Below, piece after piece: positions 30,076 to 38,668 of a stretch of DNA of 64,000 bases (its first letter is position 1; every line of letters starts with the position of its first letter). Position numbers and translations under genes: made by a program. The DNA is from a virus. The DNA lies in IMG/VR virus record IMGVR_UViG_3300034684_000096, positions 32,001 to 96,000 of that record. One strand, 5' to 3'. The notes beneath the pieces are model-generated. The model made no database searches, was not told where the DNA came from, and saw nothing but the letters and a program-made list of their open reading frames with translations.

Positions 30076-30390
30076 TTAGATAAATTCTACTTTCATGTAT
30101 TGCTCACTAATCATGATACAATCTTGTTTGAGGATATTTTTCAATACTTGTGCTATGTTGTTAGCTTGGAAGTCATTGTCCATAACTTCCAATACATAGG
30201 AAGTCTCTTGTACACCATTCCAATAACCATCAGTGGTATACAGTGTATATCCTTCCCATTGGGTATTGTGTCTGTTGTACGCTTCCCTAGCTATTTCTAT
30301 AGCGTTTACAACTTCTTCTTTTGTGAAAGTCTGTTTGACTTCTGAATTGCTACCAGTCTGTGAACCAATGTAAAGTTTTGTTACTTTCAT
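30076..30390 (-). CDS. Candidate S-adenosylmethionine lyase-like (or DUF3574-like) protein
   Basis: GYTLxxxxGYWNGVQETSYVLEV...LKQDCIM resembles the phage SAM lyase GxW..ExS...QE pattern (by eye). Confidence 0.5.
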   Translation of the reverse strand: MKVTKLYIGSQTGSNSEVKQTFTKEEVVNAIEIAREAYNRHNTQWEGYTLYTTDGYWNGVQETSYVLEVMDNDFQANNIAQVLKNILKQDCIMISEQYMKVEFI

Positions 30391-30492
30391 GTAGTTTCTC
30401 CTTGCTCTCTTTATACTTAATATTACTATATATATAATATAGTGTCAATAGTATTTGAAAAAATAAGTAAAAAAGTTTTTTCTTTTTTAGTA

Positions 30493-30751
30493 TTGACAAA
30501 GTAATAAACATATGATATACTATAAAGATATGGTTATTTTTATATCCTAGTGTCAGTGTAGACTATGACTTATGTCATATGTGTAGGGTATGACTTATGA
30601 CATCAGTATATGGTATGACATATGTCAGAAGTTCGGAATCCAGAAGTTGCACAGTTGTCATATGACATAAGTTTCCCATAAAAAGACCAACTTTTGACAC
30701 ATGTCATATGACAAGCGCGAAGACCAAAAATAATATATTATTTTTGGTCTT
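30493..30751 (+). repeat. TGACATA repeat module 2
   Basis: TTGACA 30493-98, TATACT 30516-21; repeats; hairpin AAGACCAAAAATAAT/ATTATTTTTGGTCTT. Confidence 0.85.
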
Positions 30752-31268
30752 TATTAATCAATTCTCTAAATGAAGCATTATCAATGTATTCTTCTATATG
30801 CTTGCACGCGCTTACATAAATATTGTGTGCTTCCTCTTCAGTAGCATAACGACCCAAATGTATAACCTTTTTGCCTATCCGTATCTTTGCCTCGTACCTA
30901 CCCTTATGTTTATCAAAATAACAACCAACAAGTTTACCTTTCCTGTGTACTTTTCGATTTTGATTATTTCCCCTATCAGTAACCAATCTTAAGTTTTCAA
31001 ACCTATTGTCAATCCTATTTCCGTTAATATGGTCAATCTGCATTCCTTCTGGAATATCTTCACCTGTTGTTAATACCCAAACAATAGTATGATAGTATAT
31101 CCGCATACTATTGAACCTTACTTGACAATAACCATTATTAGTACCATTGTTCTTAACAAGAACCCATTTAGTACTTGGGTAACTTCTCAGCCTTTCCAAA
31201 GTACCATCCTTAAGCCTAAATACTTTCTTCAATTCCTCTACATCAATAGGTTTTCTTTTCATATACAC
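30738..31268 (-). CDS. HNH homing endonuclease with AP2-like C-terminal domain
   Basis: YHTIVW...IDHINGNRIDNRFENLRLV..RGNNQN; YEAKIR...HLGRYATEEEAH. Confidence 0.92.
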   Translation of the reverse strand: MYMKRKPIDVEELKKVFRLKDGTLERLRSYPSTKWVLVKNNGTNNGYCQVRFNSMRIYYHTIVWVLTTGEDIPEGMQIDHINGNRIDNRFENLRLVTDRGNNQNRKVHRKGKLVGCYFDKHKGRYEAKIRIGKKVIHLGRYATEEEAHNIYVSACKHIEEYIDNASFRELINKDQK

Positions 31269-31282
31269 TCCTTGAAATAAAA

Positions 31283-31386
31283 ACCCTATTATACTATCTC
31301 CCCCTTTCGGGTCAGCACGGAAACAGTATAATAGGGTAAGATTTTACTCAAGGAAACAAGAAAGTGCTGATGTCTCTTGTTTCCTC
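31283..31386 (-). promoter_or_regulatory. Two-hairpin leader with complementary loops upstream of the HNH gene
   Basis: Stems AGGAAACAAGA/TCTTGTTTCCT and ACCCTATTATACT/AGTATAATAGGGT; loops carry TCAGCAC and GTGCTGA. Confidence 0.65.
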
Positions 31387-31511
31387 AAACCATATAAAGA
31401 GTGTATCACATTCCATATGACATTGTCAAGTCCTACTCTAGAAAAAAGTCAACTTATGATATACATATTTCCGGCTTTATAACTAAAGGGGAAGTTACTC
31501 CCCTTGTTGAT

Positions 31512-31724
31512 TTAAAGATAGGATACAATGTTCTGGATATCCGTAACTCTAAGACTGTCAGAACACCCGCTTTCCATGTACAACTTCAGTACGTCGATTG
31601 GTTTCATTTCGTCAATCTCATACGCTGGTACTCTACCCAATGCTCTGTACTCTGTAAGGTTTTGAATCCTTGAGTAAACGTTTGTGTAATACTTTTGTTT
31701 CATCATTTGTCTCTCCTTGTTCAT
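31512..31724 (-). CDS. Hypothetical protein
   Basis: Follows a promoter-hairpin element. Confidence 0.65.
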   Translation of the reverse strand: MNKERQMMKQKYYTNVYSRIQNLTEYRALGRVPAYEIDEMKPIDVLKLYMESGCSDSLRVTDIQNIVSYL

Positions 31725-31745
31725 CTTGCCTCTCCTTATAATTCA

Positions 31746-31780
31746 AGTATATCATAGGGTTAACTAATTGTCAACCCTAT
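31746..31780 (-). promoter_or_regulatory. Promoter-hairpin element, copy 5
   Basis: ATAGGGTTGACA...AACCCTAT then GATATACT. Confidence 0.8.
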
Positions 31781-31791
31781 ATCCAGAAGTT

Positions 31792-32145
31792 TTACAATGT
31801 TTTTATGAAGTTTTGAATACTTGTGATATCCTCATCAAGGTCGTTGTATGCCTGTTTAGCTCTTCCATATGTGTAATCTAGCAGAAGGTTTGGAAGTGCC
31901 TTCACAAGTGCCTCATGTACGCTTACCAGCTCAAGGAGCGTAATGTGTCCGTTATTATACTTTTGTTGGTATTCTGCAAGAGTATCCGCTTGGGTACGCA
32001 TGGCAGTAATGTTCATCTCAAGCTCGTTGGTCAAAGACTTTCCTCTCTTCCTCAACTCTTCCTTCAGGTTTTCTACTGATTTGTTCATCTCTTCTTTTGT
32101 GTTCATGTTGTCTCTCCTTGTTCTCTTTATACCTAATTCTACCAT
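31792..32145 (-). CDS. Helical hypothetical protein; true start probably at MNTKE
   Basis: AGGAGAG RBS before the internal ATG. Confidence 0.7.
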   Translation of the reverse strand: MVELGIKRTRRDNMNTKEEMNKSVENLKEELRKRGKSLTNELEMNITAMRTQADTLAEYQQKYNNGHITLLELVSVHEALVKALPNLLLDYTYGRAKQAYNDLDEDITSIQNFIKTL

Positions 32146-32209
32146 GTACTATAGATAATGTCAATAGTTTTTCAAAAAATAAATAAAAAAGTTTTTTCTT
32201 TTTTTGGTA

Positions 32210-32431
32210 TTGACATATAGAGTAAAGTATGGTATACTGTAAATAGTATGGTTTGTTTTCATATCCTAGCATGTTGCTTGCCTATGACTTATGACATAAG
32301 TGAGTTAGAAGTTCAGAAGTCATAAGCCCTGACATATGACATAAGTAAACTTCTCACATAAAAAAGCCAACTTTTGACATATGTCATATGACAAGCGTGA
32401 AGACCAAAAATAATATATTATTTTTGGTCTT
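32210..32431 (+). repeat. TGACATA repeat module 3
   Basis: TTGACA 32210-15, TATACT 32233-38; body nearly identical to module 1; hairpin identical to module 2. Confidence 0.85.
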
Positions 32432-32435
32432 TATT

Positions 32436-32588
32436 TTACTTCACCTCTTTAAGTATCACGTCTGTTTCGATTCCATTGTACTTAAGTTTAAGCTCTGTTA
32501 CAATCTGTTGTGCAGTACATAAGTGCTCACATACTGCTACACAATTCCAGTCATCTTGACAACCAGCCATTACTAGATATACTTTCAT
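32436..32588 (-). CDS. Small protein MKVYLVMAGCQDDWNCVAVC...ILKEVK (below ORF-track cutoff)
   Basis: Translated by hand; AGGAGAG RBS and promoter-hairpin element upstream. Confidence 0.6.
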   Translation of the reverse strand: MKVYLVMAGCQDDWNCVAVCEHLCTAQQIVTELKLKYNGIETDVILKEVK

Positions 32589-32616
32589 ACTCTCTCCTTG
32601 TTCTCTTTATACCTTA

Positions 32617-32652
32617 AGTATATCATAGGGTTGGCTTAACTGTCAACCCTAT
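32617..32652 (-). promoter_or_regulatory. Promoter-hairpin element, copy 6
   Basis: ATAGGGTTGACA...CAACCCTAT then GATATACT. Confidence 0.8.
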
Positions 32653-32664
32653 TTGATAAGTTTC

Positions 32665-33003
32665 CTAGAAAATTTTATAGATAAGCTCTTCAAACTTCTC
32701 TCTTGATGGATACTCATAATCACAATAAATGACTTTCCCTTCTACCATAACAACAAAGCTGAAATAGTTGTCCTTGTTCAAAGAATCTTTTATCACAATG
32801 TAGTTATCACTCGTACACTCTGAAGAGATATATACCTTTGTTTTTCCTTCTCCCTCGTAAGTTATGGATACAAGGAACGTAACATTTGTACAAATCGCTT
32901 TATCCAGTTTTTGCAATTCCTGCATTAAACTTACAGGTAGGAATGTTTCTTGCACACCAGAACCCGTTCTCACAATCTTTCCATTTACTGAATATACAAT
33001 CAT
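32665..33003 (-). CDS. Hypothetical protein
   Basis: Cassette between promoter-hairpin elements. Confidence 0.7.
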   Translation of the reverse strand: MIVYSVNGKIVRTGSGVQETFLPVSLMQELQKLDKAICTNVTFLVSITYEGEGKTKVYISSECTSDNYIVIKDSLNKDNYFSFVVMVEGKVIYCDYEYPSREKFEELIYKIF

Positions 33004-33025
33004 CTTTGTCCTTCCTTATAATGTA

Positions 33026-33061
33026 AGTATATCATAGGGATTGATTAATGTCAATCCCTAT
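33026..33061 (-). promoter_or_regulatory. Promoter-hairpin element, copy 7
   Basis: ATAGGGATTGACA...CAATCCCTAT (compensatory change) then GATATACT. Confidence 0.8.
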
Positions 33062-33073
33062 GTAAGAATGTTT

Positions 33074-33586
33074 CTACAAGTATTTTACCAGTAGTTCTGT
33101 ATCGATATACACTGAACCTCCCATCTCAATACAAGCGTACTGACTGTAATTGTTCTTCAGTTCCTCGTAAGCTCTCTGCTTCAGTCCATAAGGAATTTCA
33201 TCCTTATAATCATCCCAAGCTTTCAATACTGCTTTGTATTCATATTCTGCCACAGCTTCGTCGTCAATTGCTGGATATACTGCTAGGTTTGCCACAACAT
33301 CATAAATTCTCTGCATGGTATTCAAGGATACCTTATCGAAATCAACGACTACCGCAACTGAACCATAATCACTGAAGAATCTTTTCACTCCCTTGATGTT
33401 GCGGAACATTTTCATAAACTCCTGTACGTTGGCTCTTTCCACACCGCAAGAGGAATCATAATCCCCATAGCAACAGAATGGAATTGACGCATAGTTCGTG
33501 TTGTCCCAATTTTGATAGCACTTGTCCAGCATTGCAACTTCTTTGATAAGCTCCATAGTCTGTTTTGTGAGTTCTTTTCTAGTCAT
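33074..33586 (-). CDS. Conserved phage hypothetical protein
   Basis: GDYDxSxxVERANV...LAVYPAIDDE. Confidence 0.8.
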   Translation of the reverse strand: MTRKELTKQTMELIKEVAMLDKCYQNWDNTNYASIPFCCYGDYDSSCGVERANVQEFMKMFRNIKGVKRFFSDYGSVAVVVDFDKVSLNTMQRIYDVVANLAVYPAIDDEAVAEYEYKAVLKAWDDYKDEIPYGLKQRAYEELKNNYSQYACIEMGGSVYIDTELLVKYL

Positions 33587-33607
33587 TGTTCTCTCCTCTA
33601 TAATGTA

Positions 33608-33643
33608 AGTATATCATAGGGATTGCTTAATGTCAATCCCTAT
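33608..33643 (-). promoter_or_regulatory. Promoter-hairpin element, copy 8
   Basis: ATAGGGATTGACA...CAATCCCTAT then GATATACT. Confidence 0.8.
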
Positions 33644-33656
33644 ATTTGAAGTTTTT

Positions 33657-33932
33657 TCAGAACGGCATCATTTCTCCATCCCTGTACATATGTCGTAACC
33701 TTTGACCAACGACCATTGGTTCAATTGTGTATGTATACATACCATACTTGTGATGTAATGTACATTTGGAAGTGTATCCAGCTCGTAAGATACTTGCAAT
33801 TTCAGCTTGTGCCAACAGGTAGGTTGTGTGAGCTGAGTGAAAGTCCATTTTTCCAGTTGCTGCGTTGTACACGTAGACTCTATTGATTGCTTTATCCGTT
33901 GCGTAGCTTGCTTTTCTTGGAACGTTTGTCAT
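33657..33932 (-). CDS. Hypothetical protein
   Basis: Own promoter and AGGAG RBS. Confidence 0.7.
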   Translation of the reverse strand: MTNVPRKASYATDKAINRVYVYNAATGKMDFHSAHTTYLLAQAEIASILRAGYTSKCTLHHKYGMYTYTIEPMVVGQRLRHMYRDGEMMPF

Positions 33933-34039
33933 TGCCTTTTCTCCTTTACTCTTTAACTATCTATAGTATAGTGGATACTAGTATAAATGTCAATACTATT
34001 GTAAAAAAAAAGATTTATTTTTTATTTTCTGTTTTACTA

Positions 34040-34460
34040 TTGACAAAACTGTATTTTTATGATACAGTTTTTTATAGTGGGGAGCTTATGACACATGACA
34101 TAAGTCATAAGTTCAAAATAGAAGTCACTTATGTCTTATGACTTATGACATAAGTTGGTAAAAAAAGCCGTTTTAAGATATGTCATATGACACAAGCGCG
34201 AAGACCAATATAATACTTATGTCATATGACATAAGTTAAGTTCGGAAGTCATAAGTCCTGACATATGACATAGGCAAACTTCTCACATAAAAAAGGCCAC
34301 TTATGACATATGACATATGACATAAGTCAAGCCGGATATTTACCATATCCGGCTTGTGACATAAGTATAATCCCCATAAGTCATAAGTTCGGAAGTTCGC
34401 TATACACATATAGTGGTTGCCTAGTTTCTCCCCAACTTTTGACCAACTTATGACATTGCC
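34040..34460 (+). repeat. TGACATA repeat modules 4 and 5 (expanded tandem copy)
   Basis: TTGACA 34040-45, TACAGT 34063-68; two repeat bodies; hairpin CAAGCCGGATAT/ATATCCGGCTTG near 34328-34356. Confidence 0.85.
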
Positions 34461-34949
34461 TATAGAACAGGTACAAAGCTATATATAGAATGGTAAAAAT
34501 AGCCAAAAAAAATAGCCAAACCCAACGTATGAAACGTTGGGTTTGGTGGTAGTATGGTATATTACATATTATCCAAAGTAGTATACCATACCAGTTTTCT
34601 CATTATAGCATACGCTATAAAGTCCCTCTTTATCCAATATAGCTTGGATACGCTTGTCATCGTACCCAACATACAACTTGTGACGAAACACACGATTGAC
34701 CCATCTTATTATGTTACTCATATTCAATATCCTTTATATTTTAGGGTAGTACATTACATACTACCCTAGTCATTAATTATAAAGTACCTGTTTTTATACC
34801 TCGAAATTTCATTACTGCTAGTACTTTCTTCCCTTCCCTAGTATTGTACTTTTTAGCGCATACAATACTATCAACCCAGTGCAATCCTGTATAGTAAACT
34901 CGATACTTGTCTTTCATATACCGGACCTTTATATCACGATATATAATCA

Positions 34950-35228
34950 TCAATAGTACCTTTCATCTTTGGGTACTATATCGTTATACATGTTTTGTAT
35001 CAACATGTTATTAGTAACCTTATGATACAAGGGTTTATGCTCTCTTGCTTTTCTAGGTTTACTATGTACAGACTTATGAATTCTATACATTGCTGTATCC
35101 AAATTGAATAGGTCGTTGAATTTAGCCCGTTCTATACAAGCCTTCTCTACCAGTTCCTTGTAACTGTTACAATTACAAGCTTTAGCTTTCTTGCTACCAG
35201 ACAATTCTAAAAACCGTACTTTAGTCAT
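34950..35228 (-). CDS. Basic hypothetical protein
   Basis: GGGGA RBS after a hairpin. Confidence 0.65.
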   Translation of the reverse strand: MTKVRFLELSGSKKAKACNCNSYKELVEKACIERAKFNDLFNLDTAMYRIHKSVHSKPRKAREHKPLYHKVTNNMLIQNMYNDIVPKDERYY

Positions 35229-35285
35229 TTTTAAATCCCCTTTATATTTTAGGGTAGTACATTACATACTACCCTAGTCATTAAC

Positions 35286-35588
35286 CTAGCAGATAAAACT
35301 GTACTCACCTAACTCTATACCACCGTACCCATAAGTGAAACTTACAAGGTTTTCAAAACTGAATGTGTTCCATTCTAATTCAGTAACATACAGGGTATTA
35401 ATTTTTACCTTGCCATTTAATGCATACAGCCAGTGGTCTACGAATACCAGCCTTGTGCCGCTTGTAAATTCTACAGTAGTGATATCCAAGTGCGTTGATA
35501 CTTTACTGTATACCCTACCACCATGTGCCATTAGAAACTCAATAATTGTATCCTTGTCAATAGAATTGACAACCGTGTGTTTATCCAT
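35286..35588 (-). CDS. Hypothetical protein
   Basis: GGGGA RBS after a hairpin. Confidence 0.7.
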   Translation of the reverse strand: MDKHTVVNSIDKDTIIEFLMAHGGRVYSKVSTHLDITTVEFTSGTRLVFVDHWLYALNGKVKINTLYVTELEWNTFSFENLVSFTYGYGGIELGEYSFIC

Positions 35589-35643
35589 TTAAATCCCCTT
35601 TATATTCTAGGGTGGTACATTACATACCACCCTAGTCATTAAT

Positions 35644-36027
35644 TTAGTTAAACATAAACTTGTATAACTTCTCTCGTACTACTTTCCTACTAGGGATAGT
35701 CCAGTCTGCATATCGAGTATAGTCGACTAGTTTCTCACTATTCTTATGCTGACTATAGGTGAACCTTACTGTATTATCGTAAAATGAGTAATACATAGAA
35801 TGGCAATGTATATACGGTAAGTCAATATGTTCAACTACCATATATACATCATGGTTGCAATGAGTGTTAATTCTAGCGTTCCAACCAACACCGTTTACTT
35901 GCTTATTCAATGTTGCAACCATTGATTCGAATTCGTAAAGCAAATAGCTATACTTGCTCCCGATAGTCTCTACTACCGTCTCTCGACTCGACTCATTGTA
36001 ATCAACACAATACTGAATTGTAATCAT
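35644..36027 (-). CDS. Hypothetical protein
   Basis: ORF between hairpins. Confidence 0.7.
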   Translation of the reverse strand: MITIQYCVDYNESSRETVVETIGSKYSYLLYEFESMVATLNKQVNGVGWNARINTHCNHDVYMVVEHIDLPYIHCHSMYYSFYDNTVRFTYSQHKNSEKLVDYTRYADWTIPSRKVVREKLYKFMFN

Positions 36028-36090
36028 TATAAATACCCTTTATAAAAGCTTGTATAAGGTAGGGTAAAATACCCTACCCTAGAATGTTAC

Positions 36091-36282
36091 CTAACAAGTA
36101 GTGTTATTCAATAACCACTGTTTGCTAGCGTTGTCAATATGCTGGACCTTGCTATCTGCTAGTAATGTTTCGTATGCCTCTTTAAGCTCTTTATTGCTAT
36201 AATCTTTCAACTCTATAGCAAACAGCTCTACATAAGACTTAGAATATAGCTTAGAAGCTAGCTCAATAATTTTTTCTATCAT
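36091..36282 (-). CDS. Hypothetical protein, first gene of the early-like block
   Basis: GGAGG RBS. Confidence 0.65.
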   Translation of the reverse strand: MIEKIIELASKLYSKSYVELFAIELKDYSNKELKEAYETLLADSKVQHIDNASKQWLLNNTTC

Positions 36283-36989
36283 GGTATATGCCTCCCTCTA
36301 TTGAGATACGATACTACAAAGTAGTATTTTTCAGATATCCTACGGGTTACACGCTGAACTACTAGGGTCAGTCCTCAACTGACGGCTTTTTATCTGGTAA
36401 CCGGATATCATGCTAGTTAATGTAAAAAAACCTTATCTATACTTAAGAGTATGGGCTGCCAATGTGTTCTTGTGTTGTATGATTTATAGAGTGTTTATGT
36501 AGTATGTGTGGTTTATGTGTAGTAGTGTATCTAGTAGCATATACATAAACATGCGATATCATAGTACTATCTAATTTGCTCTCATTTGCACGTGAGGCGG
36601 CCTAGAATCAATCTTATATATCAAGTTAAAGAATTACACCGGCCATGTTAATAAAATGCAGTAGCGACAATATACGGGTTTTTACAATATACTACTAGTA
36701 TAAAAGTTATATAAGAATTATATAGGATAGCATAGTGTATATTTTATGCATAGAGATTGCATAAACAGGTTGTATGGTATTGCTATAGTTGTTGTATAAA
36801 AGTTATATAGGTTTTATACAGGTTTTATACAGGTTTTATATAGGACTGATATTTGTCCGATATCAAAGTTATATAGGTTTTATATTAAAATAGTTGAGTT
36901 TTTGTATAGGTTTTATATGGGGGGTACTGCGCACTCCCCTCTCGCAATTTTTGCACTATTTTCCATTCCCTATTTAGGAATTTTTGTGC

Positions 36990-37132
36990 GTAAGTTGCTT
37001 ATAAGGGTGGTTTAATTCCGGTAAGTTGCTTATAAGGGTGGTTTAATTCCGGTAAGTTGCATATTAGGGTGGTTTAATTCCGGTAAGTTGCTTATAAGGG
37101 TGGTTTAATTCCGGTAAGTTGCATATTAGGGT
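36990..37132. repeat. 31-bp tandem repeat, about 4.6 copies
   Basis: GTAAGTTGC(T/A)TAT(A/T)AGGGTGGTTTAATTCCG head to tail, no spacers. Confidence 0.95.
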
Positions 37133-37372
37133 TTTGAATGTCTCTATATAGGTAAGTTGCATACATGATACATAACATCTGTTATATAACAACTACTACG
37201 ATAATGTTTCTTATATCTCATTTCTTTACTGAACAGCTACTATAGTATTACTTATACCCTATATGGTATATTTAATAAATAACCCTTAAAAGGTATAAGT
37301 TCGGATATGAAAAAAGGGAAGTAGTATATAAACTACCTCCCTCTATATTTTTTCCTCCCAATTTTTTATTAC

Positions 37373-37603
37373 TTATTGGGTCAATTTCGCTTCTATGTCA
37401 TCAACATATGATGTAGGCTCTTTTTTATCATGTTCTTTTCTTATATTCTCTAGTTGCTGGCTATACTTCTCATCTATTGAATCTAATGCTTTACCAATTC
37501 TTTTATTAGTTACGATTAAGGATATGATTTCTATAATATCCTTTATTGCTGAGATTAGACCATAGACCCCGAATCCCATAAATACTAATGCTAGTGTTTC
37601 CAT
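37373..37603 (-). CDS. Small membrane-anchored protein
   Basis: Hydrophobic N-terminus. Confidence 0.65.
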   Translation of the reverse strand: METLALVFMGFGVYGLISAIKDIIEIISLIVTNKRIGKALDSIDEKYSQQLENIRKEHDKKEPTSYVDDIEAKLTQ

Positions 37604-37620
37604 CTGTATATTCCTTTATA

Positions 37621-37845
37621 TTATACTCTGTTGTTCCAATCATTAACAAGTTTTATTGCCTTCTCTCTTGTGAACTTTTTATCATCACTCCAACAAATAT
37701 TCAAAGTACAGCCATCAATCCAGCCCCATGCAGTGCCATTTGTGTTTGGGTGCCTATTTGTATGTACTTCTAGTGTTACATTATCGTTTATTGGTATGAT
37801 TTCTTGCTTACAACAATCAATTCCTAATACAATCTTTTCCATCAC
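37621..37845 (-). CDS. Hypothetical protein
   Basis: Packed ORF with GGAGG RBS. Confidence 0.7.
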   Translation of the reverse strand: MMEKIVLGIDCCKQEIIPINDNVTLEVHTNRHPNTNGTAWGWIDGCTLNICWSDDKKFTREKAIKLVNDWNNRV

Positions 37846-38225
37846 ACCCTCCTATTCCAGATGTCTATCGCCTCTTGCTTTGTTTTTCCTGTTCCGACCT
37901 CTGCTAAACAATCATCATTGGTACAGCAATACCAAAAATACCCATTGTTTTCTAGATTTGGATATTCCCCACAGAACGGGCATGGCAAGCATCCATCCTC
38001 GTTGAGGATACCAAGGTCTTTGAAGGAAATTACTTTTGGGTCTGAATTCGAACAACTACTCCCAACATCAAGATTTGCTTCAACCCCATTTCCAGTTTCC
38101 CTGTATACCCACCTATAACCAAAGCCATACTCCTCAACCAATTTAAACATGTGACGAGTACCATCCTTTAATGTTTCAACCCACTGTTCACCTAACTTTC
38201 TCTTTTCCATCATTTCTCCTCCCAT
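37842..38225 (-). CDS. Lar (restriction alleviation)-like zinc-ribbon protein
   Basis: LPCPFCGE...CxxxxC...EAIDIWNRRV. Confidence 0.75.
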   Translation of the reverse strand: MGGEMMEKRKLGEQWVETLKDGTRHMFKLVEEYGFGYRWVYRETGNGVEANLDVGSSCSNSDPKVISFKDLGILNEDGCLPCPFCGEYPNLENNGYFWYCCTNDDCLAEVGTGKTKQEAIDIWNRRV

Positions 38226-38668
38226 TCGTCGGGCAGGGTGAGTGAATCTTTCCAGTTGCCTGTGTAGTCGATGAGGTTTTTTGGTAGTTCTTCACCAAAA
38301 CTCCCGAACTGATTGTCATACCAAATCCATGTAACCAACCCTATTTCAGGCTTCTTTGGGAACCACCACAACCTGTTTTCTGCATCGATTGCGACAGGTT
38401 TACCGAGAATGTTTGCCCATTCCTTGAGCGATTTCTTCCCACCACTCATTAGCCTGTCATAGGCTTTGGCTTTATTAAAAGCATCTATGCAATATGCCTT
38501 CATCCATTCAAGATAGCCTTGTGGTGTCCTTGTGCCATCCCACTCAATCCCCGTCTCTTCCTCAAACCGCTTCATCATTTCAGTCTTTTCCATCATTTTT
38601 CCTCCAATCCGTCGGGCAATGTGAGTGAGTCTCGCCAGTCTCCGGTGTAGTAAACCGGAATACCACAT
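38210..38668 (-). CDS. MEKTEMMKR-family protein; true start probably at MMEKT
   Basis: Paralog of 38593-38991 and 39939-40187. Confidence 0.7.
   Translation of the reverse strand: MWYSGLLHRRLARLTHIARRIGGKMMEKTEMMKRFEEETGIEWDGTRTPQGYLEWMKAYCIDAFNKAKAYDRLMSGGKKSLKEWANILGKPVAIDAENRLWWFPKKPEIGLVTWIWYDNQFGSFGEELPKNLIDYTGNWKDSLTLPDEWEEK

Larger units (their letters stand above)
34742..36078 (-). repeat. Second intergenic hairpin family (4 copies)
   Basis: TAGGGTAGTA-N7-TACTACCCTA at 34742, 35250, 35607 (compensatory GTGG/CCAC) and a variant at 36058. Confidence 0.8.

Noticed and set aside
27088-33643. Integron attC array
   Set aside because: No GTTRRRY/RYYYAAC boxes or integrase visible; the elements contain full promoters, unlike attC sites
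29396-34460. TGACATA modules as CRISPR or mini-arrays
   Set aside because: No constant repeat-spacer periodicity; the intervening sequence is conserved between copies
36990-37132. 31-bp repeats as a CRISPR array
   Set aside because: Units are head to tail with no unique spacers, and no cas genes are in the window
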